From Verrucomicrobiia bacterium (GTDB taxonomy: Bacteria; Verrucomicrobiota; Verrucomicrobiia; Limisphaerales; Palsa-1400), in the NCBI GenBank assembly GCA_036268455.1, contig DATAUD010000026.1, positions 12,407 to 76,406 of the forward strand: 64,000 bases of DNA, written 5' to 3'. Both the position numbers and the translations under genes were made by a program. Under the pieces are notes generated by a model. It was not told the origin of the DNA and did not search any database. It saw only the letters and a program-made list of their open reading frames with translations. Below, piece after piece: positions 30,029 to 42,000 of this stretch. The stretch's first letter is position 1; the number at the start of each line of letters is the position of its first letter.

Positions 30029-31510
30029 ATGGGCAAAGCTGAAGGATTCAAAGATTACTTGCGCCAATTGCCGCTGGACCGTTCAGCGATCGAGCGAATT
30101 AGCGATTGGAACGAATTCCATCTTCACCTGGATGAGAAGAGCCTGCGGGAACAAGGCGCCCGGTGCATGGATTGCGGCGTTCCCTTTTGCCATACGGGCA
30201 ATTTGCTCAGCGGCATGGCGTCCGGCTGCCCCATTCACAATTTAATCCCGGAATGGAATGACCTGGTCTATCGCGGCCTCTGGCACGAAGCGCTCGACCG
30301 CCTCCACAAAACGAACAATTTTCCGGATTTCACCGGGCGCGTCTGCCCCGCTCCGTGCGAAGGCTCCTGCGTCCTTGGAATTATTTCGCCGCCCGTCACG
30401 ATCAAAAATATCGAGTGCGCCATTGCCGATCGCGGATGGGATGAAGGATGGATCACCCCGGAGCCTCCTCAATTTCGCACCGGCAAGAAGGTCGCCGTCG
30501 TCGGCTCCGGTCCCGCCGGCCTCTGCGCCGCCGCCCAGCTAAATCGCGCTGGACATCTGGTGACAGTCTTCGAGCGGGCAGATCGCATTGGCGGGTTGCT
30601 CATGTATGGCATTCCCAACATGAAGCTGGACAAAACTCTCGTGCAGCGCCGGGTCGATCACATGGCCGAGGAAGGCATCTCGTTCCGCACCAACACGGAA
30701 GTCGGAAAGGATTATCCCGCCGCCGACTTGCTGCGCCAATTCGACGCCGTCATTCTTTGCACAGGCGCGACCAAACCACGCGATTTGCCCGTCGAAGGCC
30801 GCAACCTCAAAGGCATCCATTTCGCGATGGATTTTCTGCTCGCCAACACCAAAAGCCTGCTGGACGGCCACAAAAATGGTTCTTTCATTTCCGCCGATGG
30901 CATGGACGTTGCCGTCATTGGCGGCGGCGATACCGGGACGGACTGTGTGGGGACCGCCATGCGCCACAACTGCAAGAGCCTGGTGCAATTGGAAATCCTG
31001 CCACGCCCGCCGCAGACCCGCGCGAAGGACAATCCGTGGCCGGAATGGCCGAAGGTTTATCGCCTTGATTATGGGCAGGAAGAGGCGGCGGCGAAATTTG
31101 GGGACGACCCGCGCACTTACCTGACGACGGCGAAAAAATTTGTCGGCGACGAATCAGGGCGAGTCAAAGAGTTTCACACCGTTCAGATTGAATGGAAGCG
31201 GAACGACAAGGGCCAATTTGTAGCCGCTGAAGTGCCTGGCACCGAACAAGTTCGACCTGTTCAACTGGTTCTTCTGGCAATGGGTTTCCTCGGGCCTGAA
31301 CAACCGTTGTTGGAACAGTTGGCCATTGAGCGCGATACCCGCAGTAACGTCAAAGCGGAGTTTGAAAGCTACGCCACTAATATCAGGGGCGTCTTTGCCG
31401 CTGGTGATGCCAGGCGCGGCCAGAGTCTGGTGGTATGGGCGTTCAACGAAGGCCGCGGCGCGGCGCGTGAGTGCGACCGTTATTTGATGGGTTCAACGAA
31501 TTTACCTTAA
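30029..31510 (+). CDS. gltD: glutamate synthase small subunit (NADPH)
   Basis: [31 protein letters not shown] and [13 protein letters not shown]. Confidence 0.95.
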   Translation: MGKAEGFKDYLRQLPLDRSAIERISDWNEFHLHLDEKSLREQGARCMDCGVPFCHTGNLLSGMASGCPIHNLIPEWNDLVYRGLWHEALDRLHKTNNFPDFTGRVCPAPCEGSCVLGIISPPVTIKNIECAIADRGWDEGWITPEPPQFRTGKKVAVVGSGPAGLCAAAQLNRAGHLVTVFERADRIGGLLMYGIPNMKLDKTLVQRRVDHMAEEGISFRTNTEVGKDYPAADLLRQFDAVILCTGATKPRDLPVEGRNLKGIHFAMDFLLANTKSLLDGHKNGSFISADGMDVAVIGGGDTGTDCVGTAMRHNCKSLVQLEILPRPPQTRAKDNPWPEWPKVYRLDYGQEEAAAKFGDDPRTYLTTAKKFVGDESGRVKEFHTVQIEWKRNDKGQFVAAEVPGTEQVRPVQLVLLAMGFLGPEQPLLEQLAIERDTRSNVKAEFESYATNIRGVFAAGDARRGQSLVVWAFNEGRGAARECDRYLMGSTNLP

Positions 31511-31523
31511 TTTCGGAAAAGAG

Positions 31524-31567
31524 AAACCCGCCCGATGCAACCAATCACCGGGCGGGTTTCATTTATC
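31524..31567 (+). terminator. candidate intrinsic terminator after gltD
   Basis: An 11-bp stem AAACCCGCCCG / CGGGCGGGTTT (31524-31534 and 31549-31559) is followed by TCATTTAT. The T-tract is weak. Confidence 0.5.
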
Positions 31568-31668
31568 CCCCCAAACAACACAGACACTCTACACGCCCCG
31601 CAAAACTGCACAATCGGGGTGATTCCCCGAAGCGGACTAGGGGAATCCCCATCCGCCATTTGACGGAG

Positions 31669-34284
31669 TTATTTGCGCCGCTTGAAGGTTATTTGATCAC
31701 CTTCAACCGTCGCCGTGATCTTATCTCCAGATTTAAACTCGCCGTTCAAGAGCTTCATTGCCAGCGGATCCAACAGATCATGCTGGATCGCCCGTTTCAG
31801 CGGGCGGGCGCCAAAGAGCGGATCATAGCCTTCCTTCGCAAGATAACGCGTCGCCGCCGCATCCACGTCGAGCGTCAATTGCTGGGCCTTAAGGCGCTCG
31901 CGCAACCGCTCCAATTGGATTTCCACAATCGCCGCAAGCTGCTTCTCATCGAGGCTATGGAAAATAATAATATCATCAATCCGGTTGAGAAATTCCGGGC
32001 GAAAATGTTGTTTTAGCTCCGCCCGCACCAAGGCATCGACGCGCGCCTGGTCCTTCTCCGTCTTCGCGCCGCTCTCTTGTGACGAAAAGAATTCCTGAAT
32101 GATTGGCGACCCGATGTTGCTGGTCATAATGATGACCGTGTTTTTGAAATCAACCGTTCGACCCTGACCATCCGTCAGCCGCCCGTCATCGAGCACTTGC
32201 AGCAGAATATTAAAAACATCGTGGTGCGCCTTTTCGATTTCGTCGAAAAGGACCACGCTGTAAGGGTGCCGCCGCACTGCTTCGCTCAATTGCCCGCCCT
32301 CCTCGTAACCGACATATCCCGGCGGCGCGCCCACGAGGCGGGAAACACTGTGCCGCTCCATGTACTCGCTCATATCGATGCGAATCATGGCGTGTTCATC
32401 GTCAAACAGGAATTCGGCCAGCGCGCGGGCAAGCTCAGTCTTGCCGACACCCGTCGGACCCAGAAAAATAAACGAACCAATCGGCCGATCAGGGTCTTGC
32501 AGGCCGCCACGCGCCCGGCGAACGGCGCTGGAAATGGCGGTGATGGCCTCGTCCTGGCCGACGACTCGCTGCCGAAGACGCTCCTCCATCTTGACCAGTT
32601 TTTCGCGCTCGCCTTCCAACATGCGGCTGACAGGAATCCCGGTCCACGAGGCAACGACCCGCGCAATGTCCTCCTCCGTCACTTCCTCGTTGAGCAGCCG
32701 TTTGCCTTCCCGCTGGGCAAATTGCTTTTCGGCGGCGGCGAGCTTTCCCTGCAATTCGGGAATCCGGCCATACTGAATTTGGGCGGCGAGATTCAAATCG
32801 CCCCCGCGTTGGGCGGCTTCCTGTTTCTGACGCGCCTCCTCAAGCTGTCCATTGAGAATGGAAATGGCGTTGATCGCCGCCTTCTCATTTTGCCACTGCG
32901 CCTTAAGCTGGGACGCCTGTTCCCGCAGATTGGCGAGGTCGCGCTCGATCCCTTTGAGACGTTCCCGCGATGCCGCATCCTTCTCTTTGCGCAAGGCGGT
33001 TTGCTCGATTTCCAGTTGCATGATCTGCCGTTCCAATTGGTCGATTTCCGCTGGCATGGAATCCAACTCCATGCGCAAGCGCGAAGCCGCTTCATCCATC
33101 AAATCGACCGCCTTGTCCGGCAGAAAACGGTCGGTGATATAACGATGGGAAAGTGTGGCGGCGCCCACCAGCGCGGCATCCTGAATGCGGATGCCGTGAT
33201 GGACTTCGTAACGCTCCTTGAGACCGCGCAATATCGCGATGGTTTCCTCGACGCCCGGTTCATCGACCTTCACAGGCTGAAAACGGCGTTCGAGAGCGGG
33301 GTCCTTTTCGATATACTTGCGGTATTCGTCCAACGTAGTGGCGCCAATACAACGCAATTCGCCGCGGGCCAGCGGCGGCTTGAGCATATTCGAGGCGTCG
33401 TTGGCTCCTTCGGCGGCCCCGGCGCCGACAATCGTGTGCAACTCGTCGATGAACAACAGGACGCGGCCTTCGCTGGCCGTCACTTCCTTGAGAAACGCCT
33501 TGAGACGGTCCTCGAATTCTCCCCGGTATTTGGCTCCCGCGATCATCGCGCCAAGGTCCAGCGCCACGACGCGTTTGTTCTTGAGCGATTCCGGCACATC
33601 GCCGCTCACGATGCGGCGCGCCAGCCCTTCGACAATCGCCGTTTTGCCGACGCCGGGTTCGCCGATCAGGACGGGGTTATTTTTGGTTCGGCGCGTAAGG
33701 ACTTGCATAACGCGGCGAATTTCGTCGTTCCGGCCAATAACAGGATCGATCTTTCCGGCGCGGGCCAGGGCCGTTAAATCGCGGCCATATTTTTCGAGCG
33801 CCTGAAATTTATCCTCGGGATTGGGATCGGTGACGCGCTGATTGCCGCGCAATTCCACCATTGCCTTGAGGACGGCGTCCCGTTGAAGGCCGTGGCTTTG
33901 GAAAATCTTTTTTAGCGCGGAGCCGCCATGTTCCAGGGCGCCCAAAAACAAATGCTCGGTGCTGACGTATTCGTCGCGCAATTTGCCGGCTTCGGAGTCA
34001 GCGGCGTCGAGCGATTTTTTGAGCGACGAGCTTGAATACAAATCGGAGGACGACGCGCCCTGAACCTTTACCTTGTGATCAATTTCCTGCTGGACAGCCG
34101 CGGCCACGGCAGCCGGGGACGCGCCCAGCTTCTGCACCAGGGAAGGCACGAGGCTGTCTGATTGTTCCAGAAGCGCGAGCACCAGATGCTCGGAATCAAC
34201 TTCCTGGTTGGAATTGCTTCGGGCGACTTCCTGCGCCTCTTTGAGGGCCTCCTGGGCCTTGATGGTTAGCTTTTCCATTTGCAT
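31669..34284 (-). CDS. clpB: ATP-dependent chaperone ClpB
   Basis: The 871-aa ORF has two AAA+ modules (GEPGVGKTA and GPTGVGKTE) and a middle coiled coil. Confidence 0.95.
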   Translation of the reverse strand: MQMEKLTIKAQEALKEAQEVARSNSNQEVDSEHLVLALLEQSDSLVPSLVQKLGASPAAVAAAVQQEIDHKVKVQGASSSDLYSSSSLKKSLDAADSEAGKLRDEYVSTEHLFLGALEHGGSALKKIFQSHGLQRDAVLKAMVELRGNQRVTDPNPEDKFQALEKYGRDLTALARAGKIDPVIGRNDEIRRVMQVLTRRTKNNPVLIGEPGVGKTAIVEGLARRIVSGDVPESLKNKRVVALDLGAMIAGAKYRGEFEDRLKAFLKEVTASEGRVLLFIDELHTIVGAGAAEGANDASNMLKPPLARGELRCIGATTLDEYRKYIEKDPALERRFQPVKVDEPGVEETIAILRGLKERYEVHHGIRIQDAALVGAATLSHRYITDRFLPDKAVDLMDEAASRLRMELDSMPAEIDQLERQIMQLEIEQTALRKEKDAASRERLKGIERDLANLREQASQLKAQWQNEKAAINAISILNGQLEEARQKQEAAQRGGDLNLAAQIQYGRIPELQGKLAAAEKQFAQREGKRLLNEEVTEEDIARVVASWTGIPVSRMLEGEREKLVKMEERLRQRVVGQDEAITAISSAVRRARGGLQDPDRPIGSFIFLGPTGVGKTELARALAEFLFDDEHAMIRIDMSEYMERHSVSRLVGAPPGYVGYEEGGQLSEAVRRHPYSVVLFDEIEKAHHDVFNILLQVLDDGRLTDGQGRTVDFKNTVIIMTSNIGSPIIQEFFSSQESGAKTEKDQARVDALVRAELKQHFRPEFLNRIDDIIIFHSLDEKQLAAIVEIQLERLRERLKAQQLTLDVDAAATRYLAKEGYDPLFGARPLKRAIQHDLLDPLAMKLLNGEFKSGDKITATVEGDQITFKRRK

Positions 34285-34411
34285 ATGAGCAAACGTTCAA
34301 CGTGAAAGCGGCGCTGTCAACCCGCCTATGGGCCGACCGGGCGCCGGCATAAAACTGTCAATTTAAAACTTGAACGGGCCGCGCGGTGCGCCACACTCTG
34401 CGGTCTTTGCA

Positions 34412-34765
34412 ATGACCGAATTTGACCCAAAGATCACGGGGAAAGTCAAGCTGTTGCGCCGGGGGCGGGAAAAGCGCTCCCATTCGCTGGAACAAATCGA
34501 CGGAAAAGATCACCCACGGCCAATTATTCTTGAACCCGGCGAAAGCATCATAGGGCGCGCTGCCGATTCTCACGTTCGCCTCTCTTCCAAGCGCGCCTCC
34601 CGTCATCATGCTTTTGTGCGACTGCGGGGAACCGATTGCGTTTTGTTCGACAACGACAGCAACAACGGCGTCTTTCTTAACGGCGTCAAAGTCCATTCCG
34701 CCGTGCTGCGCGATGGCGATGTAATCCAAGTGGCCGACAGCGTCTTCATTTACTACGAAGATTAA
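34412..34765 (+). CDS. FHA-domain protein
   Basis: IIGRAADSHVRLSSKRASRHHAFV...DNDSNNGVFLNG..V....L.DGDVIQV. I used ATG 34412. Confidence 0.8.
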   Translation: MTEFDPKITGKVKLLRRGREKRSHSLEQIDGKDHPRPIILEPGESIIGRAADSHVRLSSKRASRHHAFVRLRGTDCVLFDNDSNNGVFLNGVKVHSAVLRDGDVIQVADSVFIYYED

Positions 34766-34766
34766 G

Positions 34767-35648
34767 ATGCCTGTTTTTGTCAAATTCTGGGGAACCCGCG
34801 GCTCGATACCGACACCGGCCAGTTGGACGCGCGTGTACGGAGGAAACACCGCCTGCGTCGAAGTTCGCTTCGACGAAACCATTTTCATTTGCGACGCCGG
34901 CTCGGGAATTCGCGAGTTGGGAAAAGACCTGGTGGCTCGCATTCCGCCGCCCAAAGATTTGCATTTGCTGATCACTCATACGCATTGGGACCACATCCAG
35001 GGTTTTCCCTTTTTTGAGCCGGTTTACGGGCAGGATATGCGCATCCACGTTTACGGGCGTCATGCCAATGACAATTCAATCTATCGCGTCCTCTCCGGCC
35101 AGATGAGTTCGAGCTATTTTCCGGTTTCCTTTAAAGAACTTTCCGCGAGCGTGATCTCCGACCATTTGCACCGCGGCGAGAAGAAAATTGGTGGCGTGCG
35201 CGTGCGTGGTTTCCCTCTCAATCATCCTGGCGGCTGCTTCGGTTATTCCATGGAGAGCGATGGCCGTAAAATTGTCTATCTCACGGACAATGAATTGGAA
35301 ATTCAGGACGGCGACCTCTTTCCCGACCTGGACAATTCCGGCCCCTTGCGGCGCGTGCCCAAGGAATTTGTGGACACTGCCCGCAATGCGGACCTTCTTA
35401 TCATTGACGCGCAATATGACGAGAGGGAGTACATGAAGAAAATAAAATGGGGGCATTCCTGCTGTTTCTCCGCCACCGACCTCGCCATTCAGGCAAAAGT
35501 AAAAAACCTGGTCCTCTTTCACCACGATCCCGAGAGCACCGACCGCGCGATCGACCAAATGGTCCAAGCCTGTCGCGACCGCGCTGCGCGCCACCAATCC
35601 GACGTCGTGATTTCCGGCGCGAGGGAAGGCGTCGAATTTAAGTTCTAA
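34767..35648 (+). CDS. MBL-fold metallo-hydrolase
   Basis: LITHTHWDHIQGFPFF (HxHxDH) and FHHDP. It starts 2 nt after the FHA gene stop. Confidence 0.8.
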   Translation: MPVFVKFWGTRGSIPTPASWTRVYGGNTACVEVRFDETIFICDAGSGIRELGKDLVARIPPPKDLHLLITHTHWDHIQGFPFFEPVYGQDMRIHVYGRHANDNSIYRVLSGQMSSSYFPVSFKELSASVISDHLHRGEKKIGGVRVRGFPLNHPGGCFGYSMESDGRKIVYLTDNELEIQDGDLFPDLDNSGPLRRVPKEFVDTARNADLLIIDAQYDEREYMKKIKWGHSCCFSATDLAIQAKVKNLVLFHHDPESTDRAIDQMVQACRDRAARHQSDVVISGAREGVEFKF

Positions 35649-35669
35649 AATTTTTCCCAACGAACTGGC

Positions 35670-35698
35670 TTGACATACATTGCAATACAATGTATTGT
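35670..35698 (+). promoter_or_regulatory. candidate promoter (TTGACA-17-TATTGT) overlapped by an 8-bp inverted repeat ATACATTG-N5-CAATGTAT
   Basis: Read directly. The -10 element ends 6 nt before ATG 35705. Confidence 0.4.
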
Positions 35699-35704
35699 CG
35701 CGCT

Positions 35705-36505
35705 ATGTTTGATCTGGAAAGAGCAATTGAAGACTGGCGGCGCCGGATGATCGCCGAAGGCATCAAGGCCCCCGTGCCGCTGGATGAATTGGAAAGCCAC
35801 CTGCGGGAGGACTTCAGGGCATTCGTGGCCGCCGGCGAGCCGGATCCCACGGCATTCGAGCGAGTGGTATTACACTTGGGCGATTCGCGCGCGATTCGGA
35901 CGGAATTCGGCAAGATTCGGGCTACGAGTCGGGCAATGGAGAAAATCGCAATCAGCGTGTTGGTCGGTGCAATGGTTCTGTTCGCAGTGATGCTGTTAAG
36001 GCGAATGGCCGCCGGAAAGTTAAGCTTTCTGCTCGTGGCGCATATCTTTTGCGTGACGGCGGGCTATGTGACGGCGTTTATGATGGGTGGTCTGGCTATC
36101 TGGCGAACATGGTCTCGGCGATCCGGTCGTTTGAAGGAAGGGCTTTTGAAGATCGCGGGCGCATCCGCGGGGCTGGCGGCGGTCGGGTTCTTTTTGGGAA
36201 TGGTGTGGTGCGGGCGACACCAAGGGGGTTGCTGGAATGGCGGCGCGCGTGAATTTGGAGGTTTATGCGGAACGGCATGGCTTGTCGCCATTTGGGCCGC
36301 CCAACGCCTGCTGCGCATAAGCGAGCGCGCTTGGACGTTGCTGTGCGTTGCGACCAATGTGGTGATCGCTTTGGCGTGGTTTGGCGCGTGGATGTGGTCG
36401 GCGGGGAATTGGCCCGCGGCGGTCATTGTGCCGCTGGCGCTGTTTGTGGGATTTCACATTGGTTTTATGGCGATGGCCGGAACGAAGGAGATAAACTGTA
36501 TTTGA
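35705..36505 (+). CDS. membrane protein with an N-terminal soluble helical prefix (PadR-associated-type prefix)
   Basis: MFDLERAIEDWRRRMIAEGI...LDELESHLRED is followed by about 6 hydrophobic helices. An alternative ATG lies at 35690. Confidence 0.6.
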   Translation: MFDLERAIEDWRRRMIAEGIKAPVPLDELESHLREDFRAFVAAGEPDPTAFERVVLHLGDSRAIRTEFGKIRATSRAMEKIAISVLVGAMVLFAVMLLRRMAAGKLSFLLVAHIFCVTAGYVTAFMMGGLAIWRTWSRRSGRLKEGLLKIAGASAGLAAVGFFLGMVWCGRHQGGCWNGGAREFGGLCGTAWLVAIWAAQRLLRISERAWTLLCVATNVVIALAWFGAWMWSAGNWPAAVIVPLALFVGFHIGFMAMAGTKEINCI

Positions 36506-36559
36506 CACAAAAACAATGCCTTCATTGACAGGGGCGCAGGGATGCGGGAATATGCGCTT

Positions 36560-36982
36560 ATGGCAGAAATTATTTACCCGCGCAGTCCGCGCGAAATGAT
36601 GTCGGGCTGGGTTTACCTGCCTCGGTTCGTCGATAAAATCCGACTGCACCTGGCGGGCAAATTACACTCCGATTACCAGGAGAATTTTACCAAAGGCTTT
36701 GATGGTTCCTGGCTCAAGGCGGCGGGCGTCCAAGCCGACGCGTTCATTGAAGTCGTCAAAAATTCGGTCACCGACGGGCAGGTGGCGGATTGGGTAGGCA
36801 AAAACGTGAAGAAAACCGAGGCGGAAAAAGCCGCGTATGGGAAATTTATACTCAATCGCGGGCAGGATGATGACGCCGTCAAGGCGCGCTTGAAAATGCG
36901 GAAGGAAGAGGCCGGACTTGCGCATCGGGATGACATCAAAACGTTTGTGGATTTCATCGACGCGGATGAGAAGCGTCTCTAA
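36560..36982 (+). CDS. DUF5069-like protein
   Basis: IYPRSPREMMSGWVYLPRFVDKIRLHLAGKL..DY. An alternative ATG lies at 36542. Confidence 0.55.
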   Translation: MAEIIYPRSPREMMSGWVYLPRFVDKIRLHLAGKLHSDYQENFTKGFDGSWLKAAGVQADAFIEVVKNSVTDGQVADWVGKNVKKTEAEKAAYGKFILNRGQDDDAVKARLKMRKEEAGLAHRDDIKTFVDFIDADEKRL

Positions 36983-36985
36983 ACC

Positions 36986-37864
36986 TTGGCCTTGGCCCTG
37001 ACAATCATCAACGATCCGCGTTGCAAGGAGTATGCGGCGCACGGACACCCGGAACGGCCGGAGCGCATCAGCCGTACTGTGGAATTTCTGAAAACGCAGG
37101 ACAAAATCGCGCTCTCGTGGAGTGAACCGGCGGAAGCAAGCGAGGCTTCCATTCTTCGCGCGCACACGCGCGAGCACGTTGAACAATTGGAATTACCGTA
37201 TGATTTTGACGCTGATACACCGGCGCATCCGGGCATTTCGAGACATGCGAGGCGTTCGGCGGGCGGGGCGCTTGCGGCACTGGCGGCGGCCCGCGAGGGA
37301 AAGCCGGCATTTAGCCTGATGCGTCCGCCAGGGCATCACGCGACGGGAAGCCGCGCGATGGGTTTTTGCTATCTCAATTCGATTGCGATCGCGGCTTTGG
37401 AAGCGCAGGCGGCGGGATTCAAGCGGGTGGCCGTTTACGATTTCGATGTGCACCACGGGAATGGGACGGAGGAGATTCTTCTTGATAAGCCCGGGATGGC
37501 GTTCATTTCGATTCACCAATATCCGGCCTATCCCGGAACGGGACGCCAAAACCGGGGAGCCAACTGTTTCAATTTTCCGGTGGCGCCCGCGACTCCAGCC
37601 CCGGAGTATCGCGTCCTATTGCGGCGGGCGTTTGACGAGTTGAAGAATTTTCGGCCGGATATTGTGGCTGTGTCGGCGGGGTTCGATGCTTACCGGGGAG
37701 ACCCGCTGGCGGAAGAAACTTTGGAAGCCCGCGATTACCAGTGGTTGGGCGAAATGATCAGGGACCTGAACATCCCGGCTTTCAGCGTGCTGGAAGGGGG
37801 TTACAGCGAGGAATTGCCGGAGTTGATCTTTGCGTATCTGCGCGGGTTGACCGGAGCGGACTGA
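36986..37864 (+). CDS. histone deacetylase-family (acetoin utilisation/AcuC-like) deacetylase
   Basis: MRPPGHHA, DFDVHHGNGT and VLEGGY. Confidence 0.85.
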   Translation: MALALTIINDPRCKEYAAHGHPERPERISRTVEFLKTQDKIALSWSEPAEASEASILRAHTREHVEQLELPYDFDADTPAHPGISRHARRSAGGALAALAAAREGKPAFSLMRPPGHHATGSRAMGFCYLNSIAIAALEAQAAGFKRVAVYDFDVHHGNGTEEILLDKPGMAFISIHQYPAYPGTGRQNRGANCFNFPVAPATPAPEYRVLLRRAFDELKNFRPDIVAVSAGFDAYRGDPLAEETLEARDYQWLGEMIRDLNIPAFSVLEGGYSEELPELIFAYLRGLTGAD

Positions 37865-37866
37865 GC

Positions 37867-38430
37867 GTGAAAATTCTTGTGGCCATCACCGGCGCGAGCG
37901 GAGCGTTGTACGCGCAGCGGCTTCTGAATAATCTGGACGCGCGCCGGCACGAGATACACGTCGTCTTGAGCAATTACGCGCAAGTGGTGCTGGGGCAGGA
38001 ATTACCCGAAGGTTTGAAGCTGCCGGAGGGAGTGCGCGCCCACAGTCTCAAAAGCATGAACGCGCCGTTTGCAAGCGGTTCCAATCCGGTGGATGCGATG
38101 GTCGTCATTCCTTGCACGATGGGGACGCTGGGGCGGATCGCGCATGGATTCAGCGAGGATGTTTTGTTGCGCGCGGCGGATGTCACGCTGAAGGAGAAAA
38201 GGAAATTGATTTTGGTGCCGCGCGAGACACCTTTAAGTCTGGTGCATGTGAAGAACTTTGAGCTGCTGTTGCTGGCGGGAGCGACGATTTTGCCGGCCAA
38301 TCCTTCGTTTTATCATCGGCCCGCGACTGTGGAACAAGTGGCCGACACGGTGGTGGGACGAGTGCTGGACCATCTGGGAATCGAGCACAATCTCGCGCCG
38401 CGTTGGGGCGAAGAGAAGGAAGTAGATTAA
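37867..38430 (+). CDS. ubiX: flavin prenyltransferase UbiX
   Basis: The ORF starts at GTG and contains VKILVAITGASGALYAQRLL...VVIPCTMGTLGRIAHG. Confidence 0.85.
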   Translation: MKILVAITGASGALYAQRLLNNLDARRHEIHVVLSNYAQVVLGQELPEGLKLPEGVRAHSLKSMNAPFASGSNPVDAMVVIPCTMGTLGRIAHGFSEDVLLRAADVTLKEKRKLILVPRETPLSLVHVKNFELLLLAGATILPANPSFYHRPATVEQVADTVVGRVLDHLGIEHNLAPRWGEEKEVD

Positions 38431-38438
38431 ACCGCGCC

Positions 38439-39059
38439 TCAGCCGAAGTGTTGGCGCAATTTTTCCAAGGCGCGGCCGCGATGGCTTATTTTATTTTTGA
38501 CATCCTCTTCGAGTTCGGCGAAGGAACGGTCGTATCCCTCTGGAATGAACAGCGGATCGTAGCCGAAACCGCCCGAACCGCTCGCGGCGGCGGCGATGCG
38601 GCCTTCACAAATTCCCTCGAAGAAAACAGGTTCGCTTCCGACCGGAACGGAGAGAGCAAGGACGCAACGAAAGCGGGCGGTTCGCTTCTCAGGAAGGGTG
38701 CCATCAAGCAGGCGAAGGAGTTTGGCGTTGTTGGCGGAATCTGGCGAATTGGATGCGGCGGCGTTTCCGGAAGCAAACCGGGCGGAGTGGACCCCGGGAG
38801 CGCCGTCAAGGAAATCGACTTCCAAACCGGAGTCGTCAGCAAGAATGTAAGAACTGAAGGCAGGAACGTTTTGGGAGAGCCAACGCGCCAATGATTCGGC
38901 TTTCTTTTTCGCGTTGCCGGCAAATGTATCGGCATCTTCGACGATGGCGGGCGCGCCGGGAAAATCCTCGAGTGTCCGAAAGCTAAAATTGCCGCCCAGA
39001 ATTTGGCGGATTTCAACTGTTTTATGGGCATTGCGGGTGGCAATGACAAGAGTTCTCAC
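38439..39059 (-). CDS. rdgB: non-canonical purine NTP pyrophosphatase RdgB/HAM1
   Basis: LVIATRNAHKTVEI, EDADTFAGNA and FGYDPLF. It starts at GTG in a GTGA overlap with the upstream gene. Confidence 0.85.
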   Translation of the reverse strand: MRTLVIATRNAHKTVEIRQILGGNFSFRTLEDFPGAPAIVEDADTFAGNAKKKAESLARWLSQNVPAFSSYILADDSGLEVDFLDGAPGVHSARFASGNAAASNSPDSANNAKLLRLLDGTLPEKRTARFRCVLALSVPVGSEPVFFEGICEGRIAAAASGSGGFGYDPLFIPEGYDRSFAELEEDVKNKISHRGRALEKLRQHFG

Positions 39060-42000
39060 TGAGCCAAAAGGATTTGGAACTGGTCGGCGCCGCCATCTGT
39101 ATCAAGCACAAATCCAGAGCCGCCCACTGACGGGTTGATGAATGAGCCTCGAATCGGAAGGGTTTTCTTGTCAGCCGGGTTGTAAATGGTACCCGTGATG
39201 ACACCCGCCGCCGAAAGCGATATTTTCAATTTGTCCGGCGCTCCTGCGGCTGGCACGAACTGCCCGGCTTTTACCGTCAGAATATTGTCCAGGGATGGAT
39301 TGATCGTGCCGCCTTCGAAAACAACCTGATATTGCGAGCCGTTCACTGGCGTTATGTAGTTGGTGCCGGTTGAAGAGGCGAGGATGCCAAGAGCGTTGGT
39401 GTAGTAGGTTCCCTTGATCTTGGGCTTGATCCAAACAAGCGTGCCAACGGATCCCGCGGAACCCGGGGTTGTTCCGATCACGTTAGTTTCCCAGCCAAGG
39501 ATCATCCCGCCTCCGCCGTAAAGCGGCGCATAAATGGGCCAGATACCATCTTTGGAAACGCCCGTTGTGCGCGAGAAAGTTGAATTGTCCGCCAATGTTC
39601 CACCGATTGTCATCGTGCCTGTCTTGCTGACCGAAAGAGTGGCATAACCGTCATTTGTAGGGCCGGAACCAAGTAGATTCGTAACGGTATCGAAATTGAG
39701 AATATATTTGCCCGCCGCGGTATTTGTAGGAAGAGTTGTAACGCCGCGATAGCCGGTTAAGTTCGCGTAAGTTCCATCCCAATAGACATAGCCTGTCACT
39801 GTATCCGTGCCGTTCGTCAAATCAAAAATCACGTCAAAATAAACGTCTGGCCCGTAAGGTCCATCGAACCCTTCGCCAGCGAGCCAGCCTGTGGTTCCGG
39901 ACGGATTGACGGGATAAGTTATTGTATAGCTCCGAAGCGGGAACTGGAGCGTTCCGCTCAGGTAACCAGAGGCGTTCAGCGTCAGCTTGAAATAACCGGA
40001 ATTGTCAGTAGCGATGTTCGTGGGGAAGAAAATTCCGTAGTAGGTCCCGGCAATGTTGGCGAAAAAGCTGACCTTGAAGCTTTCAGAAGCCAGTGTTTGC
40101 CGGCCGGATGAATCGAAAGCATAGGCAAGGGCCGTGTAGGTTCCCTGCGGGAGAGAGACCGGGACTGACCATGTCGTTCCGTTAATAGTAGCGACCTGGG
40201 CCAGGTTCACTGGGATACCATTTGAAAAGATTTGGCAGGTGACCTGGGGATTAACAACGGAGGCGGAAATATTTCCTGTCAACATAAAGTGATCGGCGGT
40301 CACTTTGGAATTTGCGGGAGGATAGGTGAACGAAATGTCCTTGGCCAGAGTGTTGGAAATAAATATCGCGGTAAACGCCACGCCATTGGTCATGGTAAAA
40401 TTAATGGAAGGGTTTAGAGACATGCCTCCGCCGTTAGTCCAGGCGTAAAAAAGATCTCCGGGATTGGGAGTGGCCTTGATGGAATAGGATGTGCCGGAAA
40501 CCAGATATTCACCGTTGGTAAGCGAAGTTTTTCCCGGGCCGCTGACAGTTATTGATAGAGGAGTTAAAACCGTGAAATCTTCGGAAATGGCGGTAGTTTT
40601 TCCCGCGGAATTGGTGGCGATGGCCTGTACAATGTAGCTTCCAGGACTGAGCTGGGCCGCGGGAATCGACCAGGCGCCGCTTGAGCTTGTCACCATGGGA
40701 CCTGTGACGGCATCGCCCGTATTTTTGGAAAAAAACTGACAGCTTACTGTGGTTACTCCCGCGGTCGGTTTGATTGTTCCAGTCAGGGTCACGCTATTCG
40801 TGGTTAGTTTCGCGTTCGCTTTTGGATAAGTGAAAGAAATGCCGCCGGGCAACGTATTTGGAACGAAGTTAGCCGTTAGTTGTCCGCCATTCGGCATCGT
40901 GAACGAGTATGTTGGACTGAATGACAAGTTGGTTCCGAATGTCCAGCCGACGAATATGGCGCCCGCTGAGGGAATCGCTCTGACGACGTATTTCGAGCCA
41001 ACTTTGGTATTGGCCTGAGTCAAACTTGGGGAAACTTTTCCCGGCCCATTCGCGTAGGTGCCAAAAGGAAATTGCGGCACCACGAAATCCGAACCTTCGT
41101 GGCTTGAGAGATTGCCAGCGCCGTCCTGAGAGACGATATCCAAAGAATAGGCGCCGGGAGCCAAATTCCCGGAGTCAAAGGACCAATTGATCGTGCCATT
41201 CGCATTCCCACTAAGAGGTTCTCCAGCGTTGATATTGGTCCCTGTAATGCTGGCCTGAACGCGAGCCAAGCCTGTATCGTCGGCGGCTGTTCCGGCAACA
41301 ATGACATCAGCGTTGGTGACTGTAGCGCCGTTAGCGGGGTAAACCAGGCTGATTGTCGGGGGAGTAGTATCAATAACAGGGAATGTAAGAAAAGCGAAGG
41401 TAATGTAAAACAAGTTAGAATCCGCGGGAGACGCTATGCCATGATAGTTGACCGGCAAATCGCTCAAGGCCCCGCCATAATTAAGAATGCCGTTGGTATC
41501 CGCGTAATCAACACGATCATTAACCGTTGACGCGCTGAATGTGTTGAAATAATCGAGAACATTCGTGCCGGAAAGGATGCGTCCAAAAACGGTGAATCCG
41601 CCATTTTGATTGTCGAGATTTGTAGAATTGTCAGCCAGATTGAAGAAAAACGTGTTCGCAGCCGAATCGGGATTTCCCGCCGACTTGGCCATCGCGATTG
41701 TCCCGAAGGTATTGTTAATTTGCGGGCCAACGCCATATTCGTTGTCGATTTCGAAGGGAAATGGCGGGACGAATCCCAGGTCTGTGGTATAGCTATTGTA
41801 CACGGAATATGCGCTGAAAGGCGCACTGTTAGTCCGGGTGACAGTAGCATAATCGCCGCCTTGCAAGACGAATCCAGGAACCAGGCGGCTCCAGAATATA
41901 TTCGTATAGGCTTCAATGTTGATATAGTGGAGAAAGTTTTGCACTGTGGCCGGTTTGTCATGATCAAAAAGTTGGACAACGACATTGCTGGCGCCTCCAG

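Noticed and set aside
31616-31655. Hairpin GATTCCCC-N11-GGGGAATC downstream of clpB as an intrinsic terminator.
   Set aside because: No U-tract follows it on the clpB strand, so I did not list it as a feature.
32197-33777. 526-aa ORF antisense to clpB.
   Set aside because: It is a shadow frame, and the opposite strand encodes complete ClpB with both AAA+ modules.
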